NCBI GenBank assembly: GCA_963810095.1
Contig: CAWEMM010000013.1
Location: 32,001-96,000 of the forward strand
Reading direction: 5' to 3'
Length of the DNA stretch: 64,000 nt
From: an uncultured Chloroflexia bacterium
Lineage (GTDB): Bacteria > Chloroflexota > Anaerolineae > CG2-30-64-16
In this document: piece after piece, positions 51,978 through 61,119 of the stretch
How positions within the stretch are numbered: position 1 is the first letter of the stretch
How the letters are laid out: every line of letters starts with the position of its first letter
Made by a program: the position numbers and the translations under genes
Notes under the pieces: model-generated
Told to the model about the DNA's origin: nothing
What the model saw: only the letters and a program-made list of their open reading frames with translations
Database searches by the model: none

Positions 51978-52891
51978 ATGCCCAGATTAGCTATCTTCCT
52001 GCTGGTGTTCGTGCTCGGCGGCCTTTCCCCCATCGCCGCAGCCGCCCCTGAGGCACCTGACTCGCCCGCGCAGACCTGGACGACCCTGATGAGCCAGGGG
52101 TTCGAAGGGACGTGGCCGAGCGCGGGGTGGAGCGTCAAGGGCCTGGGCGACGTCGGCCCCAGCTATTGGGGCAAGGCAAGCTACCAGAAGCACGCCGGGA
52201 CGTACTCGGTTTGGCCGGCGGCCGCGGGGCCGGGCGCCATCACCCCCGGCGCGGGCATCGTCTACCCTGACAACCTCAGCAGCCAGATGATTTACGGCCC
52301 ATTCGACCTCAGCGCAGCGAAGACCGCAGAATTGCACTTCTGGCTGACGGCCGAGATTGAGGTGGGCTGGGACGATTACCTCTATGTCGGCACCTCGGCC
52401 ACGGGCACGAATGACTATTTCGCGGAAGGCCGATGGGACGGCTCATTGGACTGGAATGAGGTCGTCGTCGACCTGACCAAGTACGCAGGCGACTCGTCAG
52501 TGTGGGTGCGCTGGGATTTTCTGAGCGATACGCCGTCGGCATGGGCGGCCCGTACATCGACGACGTCTCGATCCTGATGGACACCGGGCTGGATACGCCG
52601 GTCGTCACGATCAAGCGGATGGGGACGAGCGATATCCGGCTGGACTGGCCGGCGGACCCCGACGCCACCTCCTTTGAGGTGTGGCGCGGGACGAACTCGC
52701 CCTACTTCGCCCCCGGCGAGACCTGCACCGCGCCCGCCTGCACCTCCGTGACGACGAATTCCGCTGTCTACCCTGGCGACAGCGGCAGCACGGCCAACAA
52801 CTACACCTACGTCGTCCGCGCAGTCAAGGGCTCCGCCAAGTCTGCCCCGTCTCAGCGGACGGGCGAGTTTGACTTCGCGCTCACCCGCTAG
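51978..52891 (+). CDS. Secreted protein (jelly-roll/adhesin-like domain + FN3-like tail); frameshift near 52535
   Basis: Signal peptide; 'GFEGTWP..GW', 'YGPFDLS', 'DLTKYAG..VWVRW.F.SD' then 'GPYIDDV' in the next frame. Confidence 0.65.
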
Positions 52892-52894
52892 CAA

Positions 52895-52987
52895 CACGGA
52901 CACTGATTGAACGGATCGGACTGATTATCACGCTCTTCACCCAAGGGACAGTGTGGATCAGTTCAATCAGTTGCATCAGTGTCCCGT
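52895..52987. repeat. 9-nt-periodic palindromic element, family A, copy 5 (divergent)
   Basis: ACGGACACTGATTGAACGGATCGGACTGAT...GGATCAGTTCAATCAGTTGCATCAGTGTCCCGT. Confidence 0.7.
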
Positions 52988-53123
52988 ATCAAATCAGTAA
53001 ATCATAACATCGTCCCCTTGACACGGTTTCTCTCTCGGTGTACGGTGGGCATACCCGATACCCCGTTGCGGCAGTCGTCCGGTGCCGCGTCGCGTTTGGC
53101 ATCTCGAGAACCGGTGGACAGGC

Positions 53124-54140
53124 ATGTCTCATTTCCTTTTGCGACGCGTCGGCTGGGCCGTTCCCGTCCTCTTGGCCGTCTCGGCCATCGTCTTTCTCCT
53201 CATGCACGCGGTTCCCGGCAGTCCATGGGACGCGGCCGGCGGCGCCCAGGCGATTCCCAATGTGCACATGGACAGCTTCGCCCGTGCTACACGTGACCAG
53301 CGATACGGGCTCGACCGGCCGCTGTGGGAGCAGTACGTCCGCTACATGGTCGGATACCAGGACAAGAGCGGGCGGTTCCAGTGCGGCGCGATTTGCGGTA
53401 ACCTCGGACCGTCGTACCGCCAGGCCGGTCGCACGGTCGAAGAGATCTTCTTCGAACCGCCCGAGAACCTTTCGGTCTGGCAGAGCCGTGTCGGCTACTC
53501 CTTGCGACTGGGCATGTACGCGTTCGCCTTCGCGCTGGTGTTCGGGCTGCCCCTTGGCATTCTCGCTGCCGTATGGCAGAACCGCCCCCTGGATCTGGGG
53601 ATTCGCATGGTCGTTTCCATTGGCGCCGCCATCCCCAACTTCGTGCTCGGCCTGGTCTTGATCATCATCCTCGGTTCTGGGCTTGGCCTCATCACGTTGA
53701 CCCCCGCATCCTGGGCCAAGTCCAGCCCTGCTACCTGGGTTGTCCCCGTCGTCGTTCTCGGGTTCGGGGCGATGACAGCCATTGCCCGGCTCACCCGGGC
53801 CAGCCTGCTGGAGACGATGCGGCAAGATTACGTGCGGACGGCGCGCGCAAAGGGTCTGCGCGAACGCTCGGTGATCACCGTGCACGTGCTCAAGAACGCC
53901 CTGATCCCGGTTGTGACCATGCTGGGCCCGATCATGGCCGAGTTGATCACGGGCGCGTTCGTCATCGAAACCATGTTTGGCTTTCCCGGCATCGGGCGAG
54001 AGTACATCGAGGCGGTTGGGCTGCACGACTACTCCATGATCATGGGGACGACGCTGCTCTACGCGCTGCTCATCGTGGCGGCGAATTGGACCGTCGACCT
54101 GAGCTATGCCTTGATCGATCCGCGGGCGCGGGTGGAGTGA
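53124..54140 (+). CDS. oppB: Peptide ABC transporter permease OppB/DppB
   Basis: 'VPGSPW', 'YGLDRPL..QY', EAA loop 'DYVRTARAKGL', 'IETMFGFPGIG', 'IDPR'. Confidence 0.9.
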   Translation: MSHFLLRRVGWAVPVLLAVSAIVFLLMHAVPGSPWDAAGGAQAIPNVHMDSFARATRDQRYGLDRPLWEQYVRYMVGYQDKSGRFQCGAICGNLGPSYRQAGRTVEEIFFEPPENLSVWQSRVGYSLRLGMYAFAFALVFGLPLGILAAVWQNRPLDLGIRMVVSIGAAIPNFVLGLVLIIILGSGLGLITLTPASWAKSSPATWVVPVVVLGFGAMTAIARLTRASLLETMRQDYVRTARAKGLRERSVITVHVLKNALIPVVTMLGPIMAELITGAFVIETMFGFPGIGREYIEAVGLHDYSMIMGTTLLYALLIVAANWTVDLSYALIDPRARVE

Positions 54141-55141
54141 GGCCGGTGAAAGAGCTGAATGCTGCGCCGGACGCCGTGTCGCGCGTGGGCACGGGACCCA
54201 TCATGAGCACCCGGCCGCGCAGCCTGTGGGCCGACGTGGGGACGCGGCTCGGCAAGGACCGCCGCGGCGGGATCGGTGTGGCGCTCGTCCTCTTCTTCAC
54301 CGTCATCGCGCTCGTCGGACCCTTCATCGCGCCTTATAATCCGCGTGAGCTGAACTTCGATTCTCGCTACATCCCCCCGTTCTGGCAGGCGCGTTCCTTA
54401 AGCGGACGCACGCCTGATGCCGCTCATCCTCTGGGCACCGACGCCGAGGGTCGCGACGTGCTGAGCCGGGCGCTCTACGGCACCCGGACCTCCATGCTGA
54501 TCGGGTGGGCGACCATCTTGTTCACGCTGTTGATCGGCTTGCCCGTCGGCCTCCTGAGCGGCTACGTGGGGGGACGACTCGACAACGCGCTGATGCGCAT
54601 CACAGACGTGTTCTACGCGCTGCCGACCATCATGTTCTACATCCTTATCGTGCTGGCGCTGCGCGAGACGCAGTTTGGAAAACTGCTGAGTGGCCTGATC
54701 GTGCTGATCATGGCGTTCTCTTTCGTAGGCTGGGTCCAAGTGGCCCGGCTCTCGCGCGGATCGACGCTCGTACTGCGTCACGCTCCGTATGTCGACGCCA
54801 GCCGGGCCTCTGGCGCCCGCACCCGGCAGCTGCTGCCGAAGCACATCATGCCCAACATTCTGGGGCCGATCCTCGTGTGGGTCGCGATTGCCGTGCCTCG
54901 CATCGTGACGGTCGAGGCGATCCTCGGGTATCTTCGCATAGGCATCAGCCCGCCGACGGACCCGGATGCGTTCTTTGCGCTAAGCTGGGGCGGCATGTTT
55001 CTCGACGGCCGGGCAGGGCTGCGCAGCTCGCCCTGGCTCCTCCTCGTGCCAACGGTCTGCCTCGCGCTGCTCACCATTGGGTTTACACTGCTGGGCGACA
55101 GCCTGCGCGACGCGCTGGACCCGACAAGCCGGCCCGCGTAA
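54137..55141 (+). CDS. oppC: Peptide ABC transporter permease OppC/DppC
   Basis: 'HPLGTD..GRDVLSR..YGTRTS', 'YVDASRASGA', 'LGDSLRDALDP'. Confidence 0.9.
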   Translation: MRPVKELNAAPDAVSRVGTGPIMSTRPRSLWADVGTRLGKDRRGGIGVALVLFFTVIALVGPFIAPYNPRELNFDSRYIPPFWQARSLSGRTPDAAHPLGTDAEGRDVLSRALYGTRTSMLIGWATILFTLLIGLPVGLLSGYVGGRLDNALMRITDVFYALPTIMFYILIVLALRETQFGKLLSGLIVLIMAFSFVGWVQVARLSRGSTLVLRHAPYVDASRASGARTRQLLPKHIMPNILGPILVWVAIAVPRIVTVEAILGYLRIGISPPTDPDAFFALSWGGMFLDGRAGLRSSPWLLLVPTVCLALLTIGFTLLGDSLRDALDPTSRPA

Positions 55142-55164
55142 GGGCTCTCGGATTTGCATAACGA

Positions 55165-55173
55165 TGCTATAAT
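55165..55173 (+). promoter_or_regulatory. Extended -10 promoter element
   Basis: TGcTATAAT upstream of amrS. Confidence 0.55.
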
Positions 55174-55227
55174 ACGTGCTCGGGCCGGAGTTGCCCTCAG
55201 CTCCGACGCCCGGACAAGGAGCATCTG

Positions 55228-56265
55228 ATGCGTCACGAGGCTATTCTATGGGAACCCCTCGCGCCCAACGACGGGCGTGTGCGGTGCAACCTGTGTTCAC
55301 ATCGCTGCGTGATCCCGCCCGGTAAGCTCGGCGCGTGCTGTGTGCGGGAGAACGTCGATGGCCGGCTCTATACCCTGGTCTACGACCGCACCATCTCGCA
55401 GAACGTCGACCCTATCGAGAAGAAGCCGTTTTTCCACTTCATGCCGGGAACGACCGCCTTTTCCATTGCCACTCCCGGCTGCAACTTCCGCTGCGCGTTC
55501 TGTCAGAACTGGGAGATCTCTCAGATGCCCCGCGATGGAGAGCTGGCCGGCGTGCAACTGAAACCCCCGGATGTGGCCAAGGCGGCGAAGCGGCTCGGCT
55601 GTGCGTCGGTGGCGTACACGTACACCGAGCCTACCATCTTTGCCGAGTATGCTCTGGACTGCGCGGCGGAAGCGAAGGCGCTGGGGCTGAAGAACGTGTT
55701 CGTAAGCAACGGCTACATGACTCCCGAGCTGATCGAACGCATGGGGGGCGACGGGTCGTCGCCGCTCATCGACGGGATCAACGTGGACCTGAAAGCGGGG
55801 CGGGGTGAGTTCTACCGGCGGATTTCGGGTGCGGGTCTTAAGCCCGTGCTCAAGAACTTGCGGCTGCTGCGCCAGCGCGGCATCTGGCTCGAAGTGACAA
55901 CCCTGGTCATCCCGGGGCTGAACGACACGGACGAAGAACTGCGGTGGGTCGCACGGTACCTGCGGGATGAAGTCGGGGCCGACACCCCCTGGCACATCAG
56001 CCGTTTCTACCCGCAATACGAGATGACCGATACCCCGCCCACACCTGTCCGAGTGTTGCAGCGCGCCTATGAGATCGGGAGAGAAGAGGGGCTGCAGTAC
56101 GTCTACGTGGGCAACCTGCCGGGCAACCAGGCGGAAAGCACCTTCTGCCCGGGCTGCGGCAAGCTCGTCATCGAGCGGGCCGGCTACCGGATTGGCAGGC
56201 GGAACCTGCGCGAGGGCAAGTGCGCGTCGTGCGGGAGGGAGATCGCCGGCAACGGGCTTAGGTAG
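55228..56265 (+). CDS. amrS: AmmeMemoRadiSam-system radical SAM enzyme
   Basis: 'CNLCSHRC', 'DPIEKKPFFHF', 'GCNFRCAFCQNWEISQ', 'YTYTEP', 'YVYVGN'. Confidence 0.9.
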   Translation: MRHEAILWEPLAPNDGRVRCNLCSHRCVIPPGKLGACCVRENVDGRLYTLVYDRTISQNVDPIEKKPFFHFMPGTTAFSIATPGCNFRCAFCQNWEISQMPRDGELAGVQLKPPDVAKAAKRLGCASVAYTYTEPTIFAEYALDCAAEAKALGLKNVFVSNGYMTPELIERMGGDGSSPLIDGINVDLKAGRGEFYRRISGAGLKPVLKNLRLLRQRGIWLEVTTLVIPGLNDTDEELRWVARYLRDEVGADTPWHISRFYPQYEMTDTPPTPVRVLQRAYEIGREEGLQYVYVGNLPGNQAESTFCPGCGKLVIERAGYRIGRRNLREGKCASCGREIAGNGLR

Positions 56266-56361
56266 GCACAAATTGCACGAATCAAGCGATTAGGTCGAAG
56301 CACGGTTGCCGAGTTCGGCGGCAGATACGCAACCATTCGCGAAATCAGTGCAAGCGGTTGG
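56266..56361. repeat. Degenerate family-B palindromic element
   Basis: GCACAAATTGCACGAATC...ATTCGCGAAATCAGTGCAA between convergent genes. Confidence 0.4.
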
Positions 56362-56646
56362 CTACCTCGTAATCGTGTCAATCTCGCGCGCGAGGCTGAA
56401 GTCCTTCTCTGTCAGGCCGCCCGCGCTGTGGGTCGAGAGCTTCAGCGTCACCTTCTTGTACTGGATCAGGATGTCCGGGTGGTGATCGGCGCGCTCGGCA
56501 AGGTGGCCGACCGCCGCCGCAAAGACCAGCGCCGCCGAAAAGCTGGGTAGGGTAAAGCTGCGATAGATCTCGTTCCCTGTCTGCTGCCACTGGGGCGCAT
56601 TTGCCAGAGCCGCTCCGATTTCCTCGTCGCTCAGTAACTTGCCCAT
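56362..56646 (-). CDS. phhB: Pterin-4-alpha-carbinolamine dehydratase
   Basis: 'AERADHHPDI', 'LSTHSAGGLTEKD'. Confidence 0.92.
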   Translation of the reverse strand: MGKLLSDEEIGAALANAPQWQQTGNEIYRSFTLPSFSAALVFAAAVGHLAERADHHPDILIQYKKVTLKLSTHSAGGLTEKDFSLAREIDTITR

Positions 56647-56716
56647 CGTCGCCTCCTCGGCTATGATTGGTGACGCCTGGGGCGCTTGCCCCTGGCTCAA
56701 CCCCGTACCGAGCAGT

Positions 56717-58387
56717 ATGAGCGAGCGACCCGACGAGGGCCGTAACCCCGGCTCCGAACCTGATGCAGCACCCCTGAGCGTTGAGAGCGCTGCCGTCGGG
56801 CTCGGCGCGCCCGCGTTCCGTCCGCTCCTTCAGTCGCGAAGCCAAACCACACCCTCTGCCGGTCCAGCCGGCCGTCCGCAGACACGCGCACGGTTGGGGG
56901 TCGTCACCCTGCTCACTTGGTGCGCTGCGCTGGCTGTCGTCTCGTGCGCCGTGTTCTGGGTCGTGCGGGAGACACCCCTGGCCGGTGTCCCCGTCGTGGT
57001 CACTGTCGATGGGCATGACGAAACGATCCGGACGGCCAGCCCCGATGTGGCAGGGCTTCTTGCGGACCTAGGACTGGCGCTGCGGCCCGAGGACGAGCTT
57101 TCACCGGCGCCCGGTACGAAGCTGACCAGCGGCACACACATCACGGTGCGGCGCGCCCGGCCCGGATTAGTCAGCAGCGATGGGCGGCTGGTCGAGGTGT
57201 TCACCCGCAGCGGGACCGTTGGCGGCTTGCTGGATGCCTCACATATCCCCGTCTCGGCACGCGACGAAGTGCTGCTCGATGGCGAGATCGTGCAGCTCGA
57301 CACGCCGTTACCGCCCGTTCTGCGTCCCCAAGCGCGGGCGGGCTTTCCGCTCGGCCGCAGGTGGAACGTACCCGGCCCTCAGCCCGTGCATCTCTCCATC
57401 CACCGGGCCGTGCCCGTCACCGTCGACGACGGCAGCGTTCCGTACACGCTCTACACCACCGCCTCGACAGTAGGCGACGCGCTCCTACGGGAAGCCGTGA
57501 GCCTGTACCTGGGCGACAAGGTGCAGCCCAACCTCGGCTCGCGCGTCACGGCGGGGATGCGCATTTACGTCCAGCGGTCGAAGCCCGTCGTCGTCGCGGC
57601 AGACGGACACACGGTCCAGACGCGCACGCAAGGTAAGACAGTTGGCGCGGCGCTCATGGATCTTGGCGTGGTGGTCACGGGCATGGACGAGGTCAGCCCG
57701 GCGCTGCACGAGCCGTTGGTCGACCAGATGCATATCCAGGTGACCCGGGTGGCCGAAGTGACGCTGGTCGACAGCACCCCGATTCCGTTCGAGTCGATTT
57801 CCCGGGCCGACGATACGCTCGAGCTCGATCACACGAAGCTGGCCCAGGCCGGCAAGAACGGCGAGTACCGCAAGCGCTGGAAGGTGCGTTACGAGGACGG
57901 CCAGGAGGTCGACCGCGTCCTGGTCGACGAGTGGCAGGCAGCGGCGCCGGTCACGCGGGTGATGGCTTACGGCCGGATGATCGTCAGCCGCACGCTCGAC
58001 ACGGAGCAGGGTCCCTTGACCTACTGGCGCAAGATTCGCATGTATGCCACGTCTTACTCGCCGGCGCGCTCGGGCACGCCCCGCAGCGCACCCTGGTACG
58101 GCCGCACGCGGATCGGCCTGCCGCTCAAGAAGGGGCTGGTCGCCATCGACCCGAAGGTGATCCCATTCCACACGCTGGTCTACGTTCCCGGCTACGGCAT
58201 TGGGCGTGCGGCGGACGTAGGCGGCGGGGTGCGCGGGAAGTGGATTGATCTGGGTTATGAGGACGGCGACTACCAGTCGTGGCATTGGTGGGTCGACGTC
58301 TACGTGCTCGAGCCTCGAAACCCGCCCTCCAAGATCGTGTGGGTGCTGCCCAACTATCCACCGCCCAGTTTTCCGAAGAAACGTTAG
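56717..58387 (+). CDS. DUF348 (ubiquitin-like) repeats + G5 + 3D-domain cell-wall protein (YabE-like)
   Basis: TM anchor; repeated 'TVG..L...D.V.P' units; G5 'GKNGE...YEDGQEV'; 3D domain 'ATSY..VAIDPKVIP..YVPGYG..ADVGGGV.GKWIDL'. Confidence 0.85.
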   Translation: MSERPDEGRNPGSEPDAAPLSVESAAVGLGAPAFRPLLQSRSQTTPSAGPAGRPQTRARLGVVTLLTWCAALAVVSCAVFWVVRETPLAGVPVVVTVDGHDETIRTASPDVAGLLADLGLALRPEDELSPAPGTKLTSGTHITVRRARPGLVSSDGRLVEVFTRSGTVGGLLDASHIPVSARDEVLLDGEIVQLDTPLPPVLRPQARAGFPLGRRWNVPGPQPVHLSIHRAVPVTVDDGSVPYTLYTTASTVGDALLREAVSLYLGDKVQPNLGSRVTAGMRIYVQRSKPVVVAADGHTVQTRTQGKTVGAALMDLGVVVTGMDEVSPALHEPLVDQMHIQVTRVAEVTLVDSTPIPFESISRADDTLELDHTKLAQAGKNGEYRKRWKVRYEDGQEVDRVLVDEWQAAAPVTRVMAYGRMIVSRTLDTEQGPLTYWRKIRMYATSYSPARSGTPRSAPWYGRTRIGLPLKKGLVAIDPKVIPFHTLVYVPGYGIGRAADVGGGVRGKWIDLGYEDGDYQSWHWWVDVYVLEPRNPPSKIVWVLPNYPPPSFPKKR

Positions 58388-58416
58388 GGCTCGCATTTGG
58401 CGGGCTCCTGCAAGCC

Positions 58417-58940
58417 GGCCCCTACCGCTTGCTTAACCTTGTTCTTCGGCGGGGCATGGGGCCCCTACCGCCTGCTATACCTTGCTTTCTGCCGGGGGCG
58501 TGTACGCCCCCGAAACCCCCAATCGCGACGCTGCTGGCCGAGTGCCGGCCTGCTGCAAGCAGGCTTCCATAAGCCAGCGACGTGTCACAGCCGGCTGCCC
58601 CACAAACTAGCTTTTGTGGAATTGTGCTGCGGCCGCGTCGACACCGTTGCCCTCGTAAGGTGTTTTTCCGCGAATATCTTCGTTTGCGCTTAACCCTTTG
58701 GGGGTCGAGGGGGCGAAGCCCCCCGTCGGGGTTGGCAGGGGCCAGACGGCCCCTGCCAGAAGCACCAGCGAAGAAACAAGAGAAGAACCGGGGTCGGCAG
58801 GGGCCAGACGGCCTCTGCCAGAAGCACCAGCGAAGAAACAAGAGAAAGACCGGGTAGCAGGGACCAGGCCGCCGCCAGACGGCCCCTGCCACAAGGAACA
58901 AGAAGAGGATCACCGGCAGGGGCCAGACCGCCAAACCTGC
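58417..58940. repeat. Mirror-arranged repeat cluster (two 43-nt units, inverted G/C hairpin motifs, four ~62-nt tandem units)
   Basis: GGCCCCTACCGC at 58417 and 58460; GGGGGCG..CGCCCCC motifs at 58494-58520 and 58700-58724; tandem units starting at 58727, 58789, 58851 and ~58913. Confidence 0.75.
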
Positions 58941-58978
58941 AGAATGCCCGTTCTTTCTTTGGTCGCGGACGTGGGCAG

Positions 58979-58987
58979 TGCTATAAT
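58979..58987 (+). promoter_or_regulatory. Extended -10 promoter element
   Basis: TGcTATAAT upstream of the glycan operon. Confidence 0.55.
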
Positions 58988-59012
58988 TCGCCGTCGTTTC
59001 AATTGCGGAGGA

Positions 59013-60092
59013 ATGTGTTTGGCTGCAAACGATGAGCCGCTGACGCCCGCACCGCGACGATCGTGTGCGCTGCTTCAGCGCGCCCTGGAAATTGGCATCA
59101 GCCTGCTCTTTCTTTGGTTGGCCGTGCGCCAGATCGACTTCCGCGCGTTGCTGCTCGCGCTGCGCGACGCGAACTGGATCTGGATTCTCCCCGCGGTCGG
59201 CGGCATCGTTGCGATGCTCCTGATCAAGTCATGGCGCTGGCAGATCATGTTCCTGCCCGAGACCAAGGTGCCATTCGAGTCGGTGCTGACGGCACAGTCT
59301 GCCGGTTACCTGGCAAGCAACGTGCTGCCGGGCCGGGCGGGCGAGGCGGTGCGCTTCGTGCTGATGGCAAGCGACCAGCCGGAGGTGGGCGCGGCCCGGG
59401 TGCTGTCGACGATGCTGGTCGAGCGCCTGCTCGACACCCTCTCGCTCCTGGCCGTCCTGGCGCTGCTCCTCCCGTTTCTCAATGACCTGCCCGAGTGGAT
59501 GACGAGCTCCGTTAAGGCGCTCGCCGCCGCGGCGACCCTGGCAACCATCCTGATTGTCGTGCTTTCGTTCTTCAAGGAGCGCGTCCTGGCCTATGCCCAC
59601 GCGGTACTCCGGCACGTCCGGTTCCTCGACAAGCCCGGCATCTACTCTGGCATCGAGCACCTGATCGACGGCTTCACGGCCCTCCGCGGGCGGCGCGGAC
59701 CGGCGCTGATCGCGCTCTCGTTCGCCGTGTGGGCCGCGCTGATCTTCCAGGTTTGGGGTATCCGGAACGCGATTGCCCCAGAAGTGCCGATGACGGCCAT
59801 GGTGTTTGCGCTCCTCGTGACATCGCTGGGAATGGTTGTGCCGTCGACGCCGGGCTACATCGGCGTCTTTCACGGACTCGTCGTGCTCACCCTTGCGCCG
59901 TTCGGCGTGCCCACGACGACGGCGATGAGCATCGCGCTCGTCTGGCACGCGGTTAATTACATCGTTCTGAGTGGATCGGGCCTGATCATGCTTGCGAAGC
60001 ATGGCACTTCGTTCGGCCAGGTTGTGGCAAAGTGGCGCAATCGTTCGATGACAACGGAGACCCCGGAGGTCTCCAAGACCTCGGAGGTCTGA
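59013..60092 (+). CDS. Lysylphosphatidylglycerol-synthase-TM / flippase-like (UPF0104) membrane protein
   Basis: 'KSWRWQ', 'SNVLPGRAGEAVR', 'ERLLD', 'PSTPGYIGVF'; start ATG 59013 or TTG 59019. Confidence 0.87.
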   Translation: MCLAANDEPLTPAPRRSCALLQRALEIGISLLFLWLAVRQIDFRALLLALRDANWIWILPAVGGIVAMLLIKSWRWQIMFLPETKVPFESVLTAQSAGYLASNVLPGRAGEAVRFVLMASDQPEVGAARVLSTMLVERLLDTLSLLAVLALLLPFLNDLPEWMTSSVKALAAAATLATILIVVLSFFKERVLAYAHAVLRHVRFLDKPGIYSGIEHLIDGFTALRGRRGPALIALSFAVWAALIFQVWGIRNAIAPEVPMTAMVFALLVTSLGMVVPSTPGYIGVFHGLVVLTLAPFGVPTTTAMSIALVWHAVNYIVLSGSGLIMLAKHGTSFGQVVAKWRNRSMTTETPEVSKTSEV

Positions 60093-60098
60093 GTCCAG

Positions 60099-61119
60099 AT
60101 GCGTATCCTGATTACCGGCGGGGCGGGTTTCATCGGCTGTAACCTGGCCCGCGGATGCATCCAGGCGGGGCACCGGGTGACCCTGCTCGACAACCTGTCG
60201 CGGCGCGGCAGCCAGGCCAACCTGGATTGGCTGCGCGGCCAGGCGCCCGGGTTTGACTTCGTCCAGGCCGACGTGCGGGACGCCGAAGCCATGTTGCGGG
60301 CCGCTGCGGGGCAAGAGGCCGTTTACCACCTGGCGGCCCAGACCGCGGTCACCACCTCGGTGACCGACCCTCGCACCGATTTCGAGATCAACGCGCTGGG
60401 TACGTTCAACGTGCTCGAGGCCGCGCGCAAAGCGGCCAATAACCCCGTCTTCATCTACTCGTCGACTAACAAGGTCTATGGGGGCATGGACGATGCCGTG
60501 GCGGTGGAGCAGGAGACGCGCTACGTCCTGCCCCAGTACCCGAACGGCGTGGGCGAGGACCGGCCGCTCGATTTCCACAGTCCCTACGGCGTATCCAAGG
60601 GTTCCGCGGATCAGTACGTACATGACTATTCGCGCATTTACGGGATGAGAACGGTCGTGTTCCGGCAAAGCTGCATCTATGGTCAGCGGCAGATGGGCGT
60701 GGAGGACCAGGGCTGGGTGGCCTGGTTCGTGATTGCGTCTGTGCTCGGCCGGCCGATCACCATTTACGGTGACGGCAAGCAGGTACGCGACCTGCTGCAC
60801 GTGGACGACCTGGTGCGGGCCTTCCAGATGGCGACGGAGCATATAGACATAACGATGGGACAGGTGTTCAACCTGGGCGGCGGGCCGGCCAACACCCTCA
60901 GCATCTGGGCCGAGTTCGGGCCGCTGCTGAGCGAGCTAGCCGGGCGCCCCGTGATCCCCGAAGCATTCAAGGACTGGCGGCCGGGCGACCAACCCGTGTT
61001 CGTGGCCGACGTGACCAAGGCGCAGCAGGTCTTCGGCTGGGCGCCGCGGGTGACGCGTACGCGAGGGCATCACGCGGCTGATGGAGTGGGTGAAGCAGAA
61101 CCGGGAATTGTTTGCGTGA
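60099..61119 (+). CDS. NAD-dependent nucleotide-sugar epimerase (CDP-paratose 2-epimerase-like); frameshift near 61058
   Basis: 'TGGAGFIG', 'SSTNKVYG', 'YGVSK', 'FRQSCIYG..Q.GVEDQGWVAWF'; true end 'EGITRLMEWVKQNRELFA*' in another frame. Confidence 0.88.

Noticed and set aside
58727-58940. Possible CRISPR array (~62-nt period, palindromic repeat)
   Set aside because: The would-be spacers are near-identical between units 1 and 2, the units decay, and no cas genes are present; this is a tandem repeat.
58698-59012. 105-aa N-terminal extension of the flippase-like ORF
   Set aside because: It is translation of the tandem repeats; the -10 box and RBS point to a start at 59013/59019.
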